A DNA stretch of 64,000 bases, taken from NCBI RefSeq assembly GCF_009914755.1, contig NC_060934.1. The stretch is one strand, 5' to 3'. Below, one piece after another: positions 1-13,849 of this stretch. Position 1 is the stretch's first letter; each line of letters begins with the position of its first letter. The DNA is from the human T2T-CHM13v2.0 reference genome, Homo sapiens. The position numbers were made by a program, and so were the translations under genes. The notes beneath the pieces were generated by a model. It saw nothing but the letters and a program-made list of their open reading frames with translations. It was not told where the DNA came from and ran no database searches.

Positions 1-559
1 GCAAGCAGGAGCACATCCCAATTCATTTTAGGAAGCAAGCATTGCTCTGATTACAAAACCAGAAAAAAACAGTGTAGAAAAGAAAACCAAAGGCTAACAG
101 TTCCCATGAACATGGAAAACAAAAATTCTTAACAAAATATTGGCAAATAGAATTTGACAGTATATGTGTGTGTGTGTGTATATATATACACACACACATT
201 ATATATACACATTTATGATATATTTATACATATATACACGTGTGTATGTGTGTGTATGTGTATATATGTATATATACATATATGCTTGTTTTGTATATGT
301 GTATATTACATATGTATATATACATGGATATACATATGTATATACATATGTACATGTATGTATACATATAAATGTCTGTATGTATATACATATACATACA
401 TCTGTATGTATATATGTGTGTGTGTATACATATGCCTTTACATATCACTCACTTCATCAGGGTGTACTCTATATATATAGTGTATATATGTGTGTGCGTA
501 TATATATGTATATACATATCACTCACTTGGCCAGGTTGTACTCTCTATATATAGTATAC

Positions 560-607
<48 letters not shown>

Positions 608-729
608 ATATACATATCACTCACTTGGCCAGGGTGTATTCTATATATATAGTATATATATGTGTGTGTGTGTATGTATGTATGTATATACATATTACTC
701 ACTTGGTCAGGGTGTACTCTCTCTATATA

Positions 730-767
<38 letters not shown>

Positions 768-2147
768 ATACACATATCACTCACTTGATCAGGCTGTACT
801 CTCTGTATATAGTATATAGTGATAGTCCAGATTCCAGGGATGTAGGTCTGGCTCAATATTGAAAAATCAATGTAATCCACCCTATTAACACACTAAAAAA
901 GAAAATGACATGATCATATTAATCAATGCAGAAAAAGTATTTGACAAATTTTGACAACTTTTTATGATTAAAAACTCAAAAGGTGAAAAAAATGGTAACT
1001 TTCTCAACTCAATAATAGAGAAGCTATAAGAAAATCTACTGCTTAAAAATGAAAGACTGAATGCTTTCCCCCAAGATCTGGAACAAGATGATCATATGTC
1101 AATATTCTTACTCTACATAGTATTAGAGGTTCTAGACAGTGCAGTAAGTCAAGCCTGCCAAGTAAAGAAATAAGCAGTATATAAATTGAAAAAGAAGAAA
1201 TGAAACTGTTTATATTTGGAGATGACATAATTGTCTACATATAAAATCCCAAAGAATGTACAAAACAAAATTCCTAGAACTAAGAGGTGAGTTAAGTAAG
1301 GCTGCAAAGTACAACACAGGCACACTAAAATCAGTTAGCTTTCTATATATTAGCAATAAATATGTAAACAATAAAATTAAAAATATAATACCTTTTAAAT
1401 TACTCAAAAAAGCAACAACCTCTGTAAACCTAACAAAACATGTACAGGACTTATATGCTGAAAATTGCATACAACTGGTGAGAGAAATCAAAGAAGTTTT
1501 TGACCTGACACCAGAAGCATGATGCACAAAAGGAAATAATGTTAAATTGGAGTTCACCAAGATTAAAAACTTTGCTCTGCAAAGTCCCCGCTTAATAAGA
1601 TTAGAAAAAAATCTACGCGGTGGGAAATAAATGTTTGCAAACTCCGTCTGCAACAAAGGACTAGTAACTAGGATATTTAAATAACTCTCAAAACTCAAGA
1701 ATTAAAGCTGAACAGCCCTAATAGAAAATGGAAAAACATATAAAAAGAGATTTTACTCCTGAAGGGAATATACAAATTGCAAATAAGCACAAGAGAAATT
1801 GTTTGATATTATTAACCAGTGGGAAAATGTAAACATCTTATCAAAATACGTAAAATGTTTAAAAAGCAACAACACTAAATGCTAATGAGGTTGCAGAGAA
1901 ACTGGATCAATTGCACATTGCTGATGGAAATGTAAGATAGTACAACTAGTTGGAAAAGCAATTTGGCAGATTCTTAAAAACTAAATATGCAACTGTCATA
2001 TAACCTAGGTATTTATGCCAGAGAAGTAAAACTTTTATTTCAGACAAAAGCGTGTGCATTTATAGTAGCTTTATTAATATAGTCATAAACTGAAAATGAC
2101 CCAGAAATCCTTCATCAGTTAAGTTTTTAAAGAAACTGTGGTGCATA
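1..2147 (+). mobile_element. Old L1 (L1M-type) ORF2/3' region, internally deleted, interrupted by a VNTR at ~160-820
   Basis: ORF2-like sequence such as aatcaatgcagaaaaagtatttgacaaa and gatgacataattgtctacatataaaatccc. ORF 1256-1522 (SKAAKYNTGTLKSVSFLYISN...DLYAENCIQLVREIKE) resembles L1 ORF2. Confidence 0.9.
160..820. repeat. (TA/TG)n-rich VNTR with five copies of a ~35-bp core
   Basis: Core catatcactcacttggccagggtgtactct at ~441, 515, 613, 691 and 773, separated by TA/TG runs. Confidence 0.95.
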
Positions 2148-2299
2148 ACATGAGATAATGCTCCTCCTTTCCAGTAAGGGATATAATGAGGACATGGTAC
2201 TCGAGACAGAGCACCTCGCACAGACTCGGCGGGGACATTGGTGAGAATGCTCTCCCTCTGTTACGGAGAGTCTCCCCGTAACGCCTTTCCTAATCCCAG

Positions 2300-2400
2300 T
2301 GAGATCGCAAATTCACTGAAAGGAGGCACCATGTCTGTTTAGTTCCCATTCCCTTAGTGCTTAGCACTTAGTACGTGTAGCATTTATGAAGGATAATGTA
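2300..2400 (+). mobile_element. Possible diverged L2 3' end
   Basis: gcaccatgtctgtttagttccc...agtgcttagcacttag resembles the L2 terminal consensus. Confidence 0.4.
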
Positions 2401-2451
2401 AGAACAACTCATTTAAAGACGGAGGGATTTATACAGTCTGCAGCCTTTTAA

Positions 2452-2610
2452 TACACACATAAGTGTGTGTGTGTGTATATATATATATTTAAGCTCAAAA
2501 TTAATCACAAATTTAAATCTAAATTTAAATCTATGTATATACATGCACACAGATATATAAAAATATGTGTGTATATATACATACATATTTATTTGTATTT
2601 ATATATTTAA
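2452..2610. repeat. (TA)/(TG)/(CA) low-complexity tract
   Basis: Direct reading of the sequence. Confidence 0.85.
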
Positions 2611-3259
2611 ATCTTTTTTTTCTCAAACTTTCTCTTCACTCCAAAAATTCACTGCCCCAGAAACCTTCACTTACTTAATAAGTAGCAGGCAAGGAGAGTT
2701 ATTTTTTTACTCACCATGGCCTGCTAGATAGGCCAGTAAATGACAAGGCCCAGGAAATGTCTATCCTTTTGTCTCTGAAAGCATTCAGCATTCTACCACA
2801 CAGGACCACACTGCACACATTTCTGGCTCCATTTTCCACTCAAGAACATGCTAAGATACTAAAAGGGGTCACAGAATGAATCAATTCTATAGGAAAATAC
2901 TTAATATTTCTCAGAGCTTTATACAGAGAGCAAATGAAATAAAATGTTATATCTACCCATGGAACCTCCTTATAAACTATAAGAAAATAAACTTGAGAAT
3001 CAGTCTTAATCCATAGAAGGTCAAGGACCCTTGCATTCACGTTTACGTGTTCTTTTACTCATATTTTGGTAAGTCCAGAGAGAAAATGTACCTGAAAAAG
3101 AGGTTGAGAAAAGCAGAATTCATCTTGTTGATATTCACCCCAATACTTTCATCTTTTGCTGCCCCTTCTCTTCACTGCCACAAATCCAAAAATCTTTTCT
3201 TTCTTCAACTAAGAGGGTAAATAATGGTCAAGTCAATCATGGAAAAGTTTTTACTGCAG

Positions 3260-3393
3260 AAAGCAAGCAAGCAAGAGAGAAAGAGGAAGGAAGGAAGGAA
3301 GGAGAAGAAGAAGAAGAGGAAGAGGAAGAGAAGGAAGGAAGGAAGCAAGGAAGAAGAAGAAGAAGGGAAGGAAGGAAGGAAGGAAGGAAGGAA
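3260..3393. repeat. Purine-rich (GAA)/(GGAA)n microsatellite
   Basis: Seven consecutive GGAA at 3366-3393, with GAA/GAG runs upstream. Confidence 0.95.
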
Positions 3394-5829
3394 ACACAAT
3401 AGCAAAAAGGTAACATCTGGTTATCTTTCAGAATTTCCATCGTCACTTCATCAATTTTCTTCCCTATAAAAATGTAGTAGGCTGCAATTCAGGAACTGGT
3501 CTCTTATGACACAATTAGCTGTTTGTCTTGCAGCGCAAAATAGTGCTGCTATTAAGGCATCCATGGTCACTAGTCCAGGACTCAAGAAAGAAAGCAACAC
3601 ACTCTCAGCAGTGCAAACTGAGCCAGCCTGTGATTTGCAGCCAGTGGAAATGAGGTGATTTTCAGGGTGAGGACATAATGGCGTTTTTTTGGGGGGGAAA
3701 ACATCTCAGCTCTTCAGATAAGAGAAAAAGAAACCAAACCTATCTAAAATATTTCCAACTTTGATCCACTTACACTTTAATGCATTCAGAATAACTCTGC
3801 TTGTTCAATAACGCTTGTTGACTTGCTGATGGAAGCGTTCTAAGGCCTTCAATTATATTCTCACTGCCTGTTTCTTTTACCTTTGATAGCCATATAATCA
3901 CAGTCACAAATAGGATAAAGGTCTGAACAAAATATATATGCATGTCAAGCACTTTGCAAGGCTTAAATTATGCGTTCTTCACAGTTTAAAAACAAATAAG
4001 GAAATAAATGCATTAGCATTGCAGAGTAGAAATGCATATGAATGCAATTGATGGTAATTCTCAAAAAGACCTAAGGGAAATTGCTGAAATTTCAATTTTA
4101 GTATCCAGAACAAGGACCGCACAGTGGGTTGAGGAAGGCTGTTATTAACTTTGTCTTTTCAATTTTTCACACACGAGAAGGAGAAGCTGTGAAGAATCTC
4201 CGCTTGCCCTCTTCAGACGTAGGGTAAGTTCCTTTTTCTTGATGATTAAGCACTGTAATTACAGACTTTCCCCACATCTGTTCCTATATATTCCTGGACT
4301 CCAGATCTCACATCACTGTCAGTCTTTCCTGGTTGGTAGAGAAGAATACTTGACATTTCCTATTTTACAAATTTGAAATGTTTAAAATGAGGTCAGATAA
4401 AATTTGGTATTAAGTTAAAGAGCTCCTAATGCCCACTTGCCTATTGCAAGAGAGTCACTTTTTCCCATGGGGATTGTTAACCTGAGCGTGCCTAGAATCT
4501 GGGAGTGTGTATTTCCAAGAACTTGGAAATAAGATGGGCAGGTTGTAAAAGTCCAGCGTTCTCCACCATATGTGCCCTGACATCTGGCCGTCACGTCCCT
4601 GCCCCGCCTCTGCCTGCACACACACTATCTCTGTCTGCTGTGGGGACCAAGCAATTGTCACAGAGGAGAGAACAGGAGATCGCCTTTCCCTCACCCATGG
4701 TCTATAGGCCTGGCTCCCCAAGATATACTTTTTTAAAAAAATACTTGCATTTCTTTTTACACACAAGTGCTCACAACCGCACACAGACAACACTCCCCAT
4801 GTCATGCCTATGGCCTGCTTGCTGCAGCTAGAATGAATCCTCTCCTAGGACTGTGAGTGGGGTCACCTCTTTCCCTGTGTCATCTCCGAGAGGCTCTGTG
4901 AATTTGTGCTCTAGGAGCACTGCTACTGCAGACACTACAGATGTGGGGAGTGAACAAACTAGCAGCTCACAACTCTCCTGCCCCCTGGACCCCCTGTGGA
5001 GGAACCTGGGCTGTCTGCTTGCAATAACTATGCAAGTCTCATAGCCTCCCAACCCGCCCGTCTTATTTCCAAGTCCCAGGGAAATCCCTCCCCACCTAGT
5101 TTTCTGCCACAAGAATGATTTATACTAAGAATGTCCATCATCTTCTCTGCATAGAGACGACCTGCAGACTCTTGGTCACCCCTGTGTACTCCAAGCTGCA
5201 GCAGTGACCGTGGTTTGCCCAGGGCCACATCCTTGACATGTGCAGGTGCAGTCTCTGCAGGAGGCCACAGCTTTGTGCCAAAAGCCCACAGAGTGTGGAG
5301 GCTAGGCTGGTGGCATCACTCCTACCCCTTGTCACACTGCGGCTAGCTTGGGGCAGAGTCGATATGTGAAACCAGGCTTCCTCTGGGTTCTGAACAATTT
5401 GTAAAATAAGAGGAGGGAAAAGGTACAGACCAAGATGTCCCCTTCCCTGTCGATACAGGCCAGGGTGGCAGCAGCTTGCTGTGAGAGCCTCAGGACTTAG
5501 CTGAGCTGCAGCTTCAGACTTTGGCTGACCTATTCACCCATCACAGAGATGGCCACCAAGGCAGGCACATGTGGACACTACCAATGCAGCTGGCAGCATA
5601 GAGCCGCTAGGGAAATCCTTCGTCCTTTGAAGGCACTCCCAAGAGGATCCACAGCAGAGCTGAGATGAACAGCCCTAGGCTTTCTTCTGCATCTTCTACT
5701 AGAGACATCTCAACCCCTTCTCAATGCTAAACGTAAGCCAAGGCAAGGAGGAAGGCTTGCATGCTAAGGGCGAGCTTGTCACCTGAAGTAGCCCAGAGTG
5801 GGGAGGAGGTGTCCCATCTACCCACTCCT

Positions 5830-6270
5830 GTGTAAAGTAGCCATATGAAAACTGGCCCAGGACAACAGGTGATTTAATTGTTCACAATTTAGTAGCTCAG
5901 AAATTGAGGTTGGGTCAGCTGGGTGGTTCTTCTGCTCAACTTGCCTGGAGTAACTCATGCCAATGGTTGTCCAGTGGTTCGCCACAGCTGGGTGGACACA
6001 TAGAGCCTCACTGTGGTGTCTGATGGGGATGCTGGCTGTCAGCTGGCTCACGTGGGTCCTGCTCGATCAGGCATCTGCCGAAAGCCAGCTCAGACATGTT
6101 CACTCGGCTATTTCATGGCAGCAAGAGAGGAAGCCTAGAAGTTCAGAGCCTCCTAAAGCTTACAGTCCAAAGTCTCAAACCATCAAAGCAAGTCCTAAGG
6201 CCAGCCCAGACCTGTGAAGGTGAAGAGACAGACTCTGCCTGTTGACGGGAGGAGCAGCAACATCACATGT
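5830..6270 (-). mobile_element. MLT1-family (ERVL-MaLR) LTR
   Basis: gggtcagctgggtggttcttctgc and aaagcaagtcctaaggccagcccagac match MLT1 antisense sequence. Confidence 0.75.
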
Positions 6271-9200
6271 GGTCAGGCACACACACGGGACGGGAGGGCT
6301 GTGGCCCCATCCTGTGCCTGGACCACAGAGCACTTGTGGCCAGCTCAAGGCAAATGTAAGTGTGTTTGTTCCATGGCACAGGAAAGACAGGAGAAGGAAA
6401 CTGGAGACAAAGAAACACCCTGGAAGTACTCCTAGATGGCCATGTCCAGTGTGTGGACAGTTAACAGACCCCACAAGGGCTTTGTACAAGGAGCAACACC
6501 CAACTCTCAGAGCCCCTGGAAATATAAATTTGTGTCACCTCGATGGATCAAGAAACCTGACAATCTAAATAGCTACTTGAGAACAAAGAGAACACTGACT
6601 CTTACTGGGAAAGAAATATTATAAAGACTCTCATGATCTGAGGATGAGTCATAAAAATTGAGATTTCAATTCATTTACTTTCATGCATCATTGTGTGTGT
6701 GTGCATGTGTGTGCACGTGTGCTTAAACTAGTTTGCCATACTTATTTCTGCGTCTTTCCTACCATTTTATATAGCATATGTGGGAGATAATTACATTTAT
6801 AATCTAGTCTGTGAGTTTCATAATATTAAAAAAAAGATTCTGACAGTACTCAAGGATAGATAGCTAGTCCCTAGAGACCTGATACTGTGCACATCAACTT
6901 ACAACACATTGAGTTGTCTCTCCTTGTAGACAGGAAAAAGGAGTGTTCAGTGGATAAGAGAGGACAGTATTAGTTCTGGTGTAAGCAGCTGTTTTGAACT
7001 TTAACTTTGGAAAAAAGAATGGCTGAATGTTAAGCAGAAGTGAAATCTGTGTAGCACTGACCATCAAGCACACGAGTGTGCACATTCCTTCCTGTCGAGG
7101 AGACCTCTTAAGGTAGATGAGGAGTATGGTCCACCTACTAGGGCGCCGTAGCGAGGGCCTTTCTTCTCCCTATACCTTGGCGTAACAACATGGGCTCATA
7201 GCCTGAATAAGCTGCTAAGACGTGTGTTCTGTTACCTCGAGTGTGAGGGGTTATAAAGGCGTAGGGCTGACTTGCTATGCCTTCTGAGGAGTTGAAATCC
7301 ATGGTGATGAGCGCCCAGAAGAGCATGAAAACAGCTCAGCCATGAGCGGTAGCAAGACCCCAGCTGGCCTTGACAATACTTTCGTTTTATGCCTAAAGTA
7401 TTTAGAGTTGGTTTTGGTTATTTACAACAAAACATAGGGCACAAAGACAAAGACACAGCAATCAATTCTGAGCTTCACACGTGAGATAGGGATCAAGGAA
7501 GCGTAAAAACAAAGAACATGGCAAATGCGTGCAACCGGTGGAAATTACTTGTTTTGTTGCTCTTACTCAGTTCTGAAATCAGCAGTAGGATCCAAAACTT
7601 TTTGTATTAAGTATTCACATCCTGATAGCCACTTGTGCTTTATTTGCCTTTATTGCTCCAGAGACATACAAGGGTAAAACAACAGAAGAAGATATGTAAA
7701 TTAACCTTTGGTTAAAAATTTATCATTAAGAAGAGAAAAATTACATTTTCTATGAAGATATATATTGTCAACGTGTGCATGTTTATATTTGATTATACTT
7801 AAATTAGGTAAATATTTTGAAAATAAGACATTTATTTTATTTTCAATAATTGTGGTAAGAATAATGAAAATCAATTATAAGAAGTTTTCTGCTAACATGT
7901 AAATGAGAGATTATAATTGAAAATCTTGATTAAAAAGTATCACTTATTTTTCCATAGAATTTTTGAATAGCATCATAAAATCCTCTAGGAATTCTCAGAG
8001 AACAACCCTGTTACAAAAAGCCTGTTTATGTTTTACCCTTTCTACATTTTAAGTGATTCATTCTTGCAAAGCATGCCTTTACTGCAGTTCATTAATTTTT
8101 AGAATCTATAGGTTTGTAGAACTCAATTTCCTTAATCATGCATGTAAAATTAATTATTAGAATTTTTTATTTTGCTGATTTCAGCAACTTTGTGAAACTA
8201 CACAACATAGCCCTCAGCCAAATATGTGGCATCTAGCAGAAAAGGGAAAAATGATTCTTATTCTTTCTTAAAATGAATTTTCTGTTTCAATAACTTGTAT
8301 TCATATCATTAGGGAAAACATATTACTTTATTTTCTTTTGTTCATATTTTCAGCAGCAAATTGGAAATAACATTTGGACCCATTCTCAAATATGTAACTA
8401 TATCATGAGTGATGTAATTGAGTTTTCTAAGAACCTAGGCCTTACAGGTATATGCACTTTAGTTGAAGATAATTTTAAGTAAATCAAGCAATTGTATTAG
8501 TCATTCCGTTTCCCATTAAACACAAAATTTTAGAAAATATAATATAGAAATTATCACAAAAGCACTGTAACCCAGAAAAATAAAATGTTACTTGGATCCA
8601 GGTGTAGTCCTAATTTCTCCACCCAAGGACTAATTACATAAAATTCTAGTATGTATGATTTGGAGATTTTTATTTCACTTAATACTCTTTTTTTAAGAAA
8701 CTGTTACTTTGGGTACAAACGCTATAGAGAAAAAATGTGAATGACAAGGCAGCCCCAGAGGTTTTGTGTGAAATCCCTGTGTAATCTCAGCAGCGTGTGG
8801 AAGAGCCTTCTAAGCATTAGACGAGGCAAAGCGCATTTCTGTGTCTTGACCCGAGTCTTTGCCAACAAATGTAAGCTAAAGTCTCCGCAGCCCACGCGTC
8901 TGCACTTCACAGCTCCAAAGATGGGAGGGTACCCACTGCCTTCTCCTGAGACCTCCTCTTCTGTGACCAGGAGGAAAGGAACCAAGTCCTGGGCTTGAAC
9001 CAGGCCTCAGTTCCCCTGACGAAAAGTGAAGAGTGCCTTTTATCTCACCTTCCAACCTGAGTGAGCTTTGTACAAATCAGTGTAAGATTGGTGTGTGCTT
9101 GTTTCTGTAACCAGAGGGTCCTGTGTATCCTTATCTTTTTCTCTCTTAAAACTTTTATAAAGATATCTTAGAGAGAAGCCTTTTTTGTAATGTGTACTCT

Positions 9201-9303
9201 CTTGCACTCCATGCATCAGAGCTGGGAATATAGAAATTCAAGAAAAACAAGGAAAGACTCCACGGGATTTTAAATTTTAATTTTGTTAATTTTTAAAAGC
9301 CAC

Positions 9304-9702
9304 TGAGAAAGTTTGTATATTGTCTCTTCTAAATCTCATGTTGAATTGTCATCCTCAGTGCTGGAGGTGGGGCCTGGTGGGTGGCCTTCTGGTCATAGGG
9401 GTGGATCCACCTGGCTTGGTGCTGTCCTCACAGCAGTGAGTTCTCGTGAGATCTGGTCCTTCGAAAGTGTGTGGCACCTCCCCCTCTGTCTCCCACTCCT
9501 GGCTCTCCCTTTGTGGGATGTCAGCTCCCACTTCACCTTCAGTCATGATTTTATGCTCTCTGTGGCATCCCCAGAAGCTGAGCAGATGCTGCCTCCATGC
9601 TTCCTGTACAACCTGCAAAAATGAGGCAATTAAACTTCTTTTCTTCATGAATTACCCAGTCTTAGATATTCCTTTACAGCAACACAAGAATGGCCTACTA
9701 CA
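9304..9702 (+). mobile_element. MST-type (MSTB-like) solo LTR with 5-bp TSD GCCAC
   Basis: TG...CA ends; aaatctcatgttgaattg, ccagaagctgagcagatg and aattacccagtc motifs; GCCAC at 9299-9303 and 9703-9707. Confidence 0.9.
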
Positions 9703-10285
9703 GCCACCTAAGATTTCCTGCCTTCCCTTCACCTGAACGCACAGGGGCAAGGTCTGGAGAAGATTCCAAATCCTTCCCGATCCTTGCCTGCTGCTATTTC
9801 TCTCTGCTCACCTGGAGGAGCTCCCAGTCTGATAAGATCAGGACTTGGTTTTCTGGGAATGATGGAAACAAGAGGACCCTATAACTTCACTCTATTTCCT
9901 TCACTGAATTGTCTAGAAAGGCAATTTCCAGATTTTTTTTTAAAGGGGGGAAAATGTAAGATCTGACTTGTAATTGTGTTCAGGGGATTTTTGTTAGAAT
10001 CTCATTGATTCTGCATCTAATTTAAAGCTGGAGTATCTGGAAAGGCTTGACCCTTGACCTTTATCCCATCCTAAATTCTTCATGAGTTTAAATTTCTCTG
10101 AATCTTACACTTAGCCACATAGCCTAAACCAAAATAATGTGAAATACTATAGACCACACCAATGCTCCAACTGAACTCTGAAATGACAGAGTTGCTGAGT
10201 CAGCTGTCCACTGAACTTGTGCATTTATTAGGACATTGAATTTTTTTTCTTAAATATTATAAATAAATGCTAAAGTTCTTCACCT

Positions 10286-10600
10286 AGCTGAGTGTGGTGG
10301 CTTACATCTGTAATCCCAGCACTTTATAAGGCCAAGCAAGGCATGAGGATCGCTTGAGCCCAGGAGTTTGATACTAGCCTGGGCAACATAAGAAGACCCA
10401 GACTCTACAAACAATTTAAAAATTAGCTGGGCATGGTGGCACATGCCTGTGGGCTACTCGGAAGGCTGAGGCAGGAGAGCCACTTGAGCCCAATTCAAGG
10501 CTGCAGTGAGCTATGACTACATCCCTGCACTCCAGCTTGGGCAATAGAGTGAGACTCTGTCTTTGAAAAAAAAAAAAAGAAGAAGAAGAAAAGAAAAAAG
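10286..10600 (+). mobile_element. AluJ
   Basis: Dimeric Alu with gatcgcttgagcccaggagtt and gcagtgagctatga, followed by an A-rich tail. Confidence 0.92.
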
Positions 10601-10833
10601 GAAAGCAATGATGTCATAGGCTAGAGATGACACCAAGATGGTAGACCTCAGCCCGAGTTGTCATGAAAGAGAGAGCTGAGGCTCCCACGGCAGAAACTTA
10701 AGAAGGTTTGAGAAGCAAGGACTAGCAGTAATCACAAAATTAGAAGACAGTGAATATTTGAACAGGACACACTATTTTGCATATTTTTCGTGCCATAAAA
10801 TAGAATTTCTAGCATCCTTCATCAACTGTGATA

Positions 10834-11693
<860 letters not shown>

Positions 11694-13849
11694 CAAATGC
11701 ACATTTATTAACCACTTGCAATGAGTCACGAGCCCTGCTGAGCATCAGGTGCACAGTGGGGACAAGACAGACATAGTCCAGTGTCATGAACGGTGAGGAC
11801 GGTGGGAGGTAAGCTGAAGCTAATTAAATTCTGCCAATTATTACTCACTGTGTTCATAGTATTTTGTGTTATATTTTATTAGTTTAAGGACGTAAATAAT
11901 AAACTACTTCTAAAGGATTTAATGAGCTTACTGATATATTCTGTTATCCAATTCTATTTGCTTGATAATATGCAGATTTTCTCAAAAGAAAATCTTCCTA
12001 CCATATGTATTTCAGGACCACCATCTTCCAGATTTTGAAGGGAGTATGCTACTTGAGTTTATTTCATAGTGTCTTCTGCCATAGATCTCTAATTCATAAT
12101 TCAGAGAGTTTAAAACTGTGTCTGTTGTTACCAAGCTATTTTGGTCCTTACTTGAATGCTTACTGCATAAGCCCACTCAAATTAGTAGACATAAAAAGAT
12201 CTAGCACTTACAGAAGTTTACAAAGTGTGTCTCCTATGTCTTTGCAACAATCTTAGAGAGATGATTATATTTATTTTTCTATTATAGGTACCTACACTCA
12301 AAACATAGAACAATTATACTGCCTGACCATTATTCCTGAGTTCAATTTGATCATAAAGGTTACATAAGTGATTGAAAATAACACAACTTTCTCTTCATGT
12401 TTTCCAAAAATGCCATCATACCATTATAGCAATACTATTTTATTTTCTAAATTGGATGCAGTTTTCTTAACTATTATGTAAAAATACTAGGGAAATATTT
12501 CAATACACATTATATATTTAAACAATTCAGATACATTTGATTTTCTTTCATATTAACACGGGTTGAGGAACACTGACTAGTGAGGCTTCTACCCACATCT
12601 AAGAACCTAGCAGGCCAAATAAATAGTTTTTAGGTTTTAGGTTTTATTATTCTTAACAATTTGAGTGCACAATAAACTTTTTCAATGAAAGAACAAAATA
12701 CCAGATAAGTGTAAAACAGAGTTCCCACGTATAGCTATATTAATATTCTCTCTGAATTACTTTATATACTTTATATAACTTTGTTATATGAAAAATGTTT
12801 AATGGGCCCCATCTTACAGTAGGAGGAAAAGCACTTGCCACTTTTCCTCCAAGTGACAAGAAGCAATTTTGAAACATCAAAGACAGAAAGCCAAGTGTAG
12901 ATGTTTTCTTCTGCTGGAAGCTTCCAGTCCAAGCACATAGTTAATCAGGTGCATGTTGATTTCAGGGCACTGGGTCATATTCGCGCTACCTCCTCGTCTT
13001 CCCTTCCCACTTTGAGTTTACGGATTGATTTTACACATGTGTAGCAGATGAGGTCCTGGCAGGAAAAGACAGAGCATTCGAACTGAATAGCAAAGGATAG
13101 TTAATAAAATGAAAATTTACCAAGATTGGACAAGTTTAGGAAAACATGGATGATGCAGAAAACCAGGACTAGTAAATATCCAAGGCCATGAGGACCCAAG
13201 GCCCACGAGAGGAGGGGAAGAAGGCAGCTACCAGGACCTGAGGGAAGGAGACATGCAGCTGGGGGGCACTGGCACAGCCACAGTCTTAGTGGGAGGGCGC
13301 TGGCCTGACCCTGCTGACCTCTGCTGTCCCGCAGCCCCCTCGTGGCCCACCTTGAGCCAGAGGCCCATCCACAGAGATAGGCTCCCAGGGCACAGAGCCA
13401 GGGGAGAAGGGTGGGCCATGAGCCCAGGGGGTGCAAGGGGCCCGCATCGCACCTTGGGTCCTCCGTCATCCCTTGAGGTGGGAGCTGGGCGGGCCGCTCA
13501 CTGGACAGGTGGATCCACCAACACAGGGTCTGCGATACCAGGCAGAGGCCGCTGGCTTAAGGAACTGGGCACAGAGCCGAAAACCAAGTGCAGTTCAGGA
13601 GCCTACACCCAGCTCTGAGGCTGGAGAGGGGCAGGGACGTGACTTCAGACCCGGGAGCTGGGGATGCATTTTGCCTGCAGTTTGCCTCCCAAGGGCATAT
13701 CACGATATTATGGGGCAGAGTGGAGCTGTCTTCACAGGCTTGCACAAATCAGTGAAGAAGGCTGGTTGGAAAGAGAGGGTGAGAAGCAAGGGGGGGACAG
13801 CTCTGGGGAGTGAAGCAGGAAGGTCAGCCCCACCGGCTCACCCCTCCCT

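Noticed and set aside
154-819. ORFs up to 162 aa rich in C/V/Y/I/H/T
   Set aside because: Translations of dinucleotide repeats.
441-820. CRISPR-like look (conserved repeats with spacers)
   Set aside because: The spacers are TA/TG microsatellite rather than unique sequence, there are no cas genes, the context is primate DNA, and the repeat appears L1-derived.
2260-2282. Hairpin gttacgg-N9-ccgtaac
   Set aside because: A 7-bp stem is expected many times by chance in 64 kb.
7070-7390. NUMT or RNA-virus nucleoprotein origin for the CpG-rich segment
   Set aside because: I recognise no mitochondrial sequence, and any viral similarity is too weak to support without a search.
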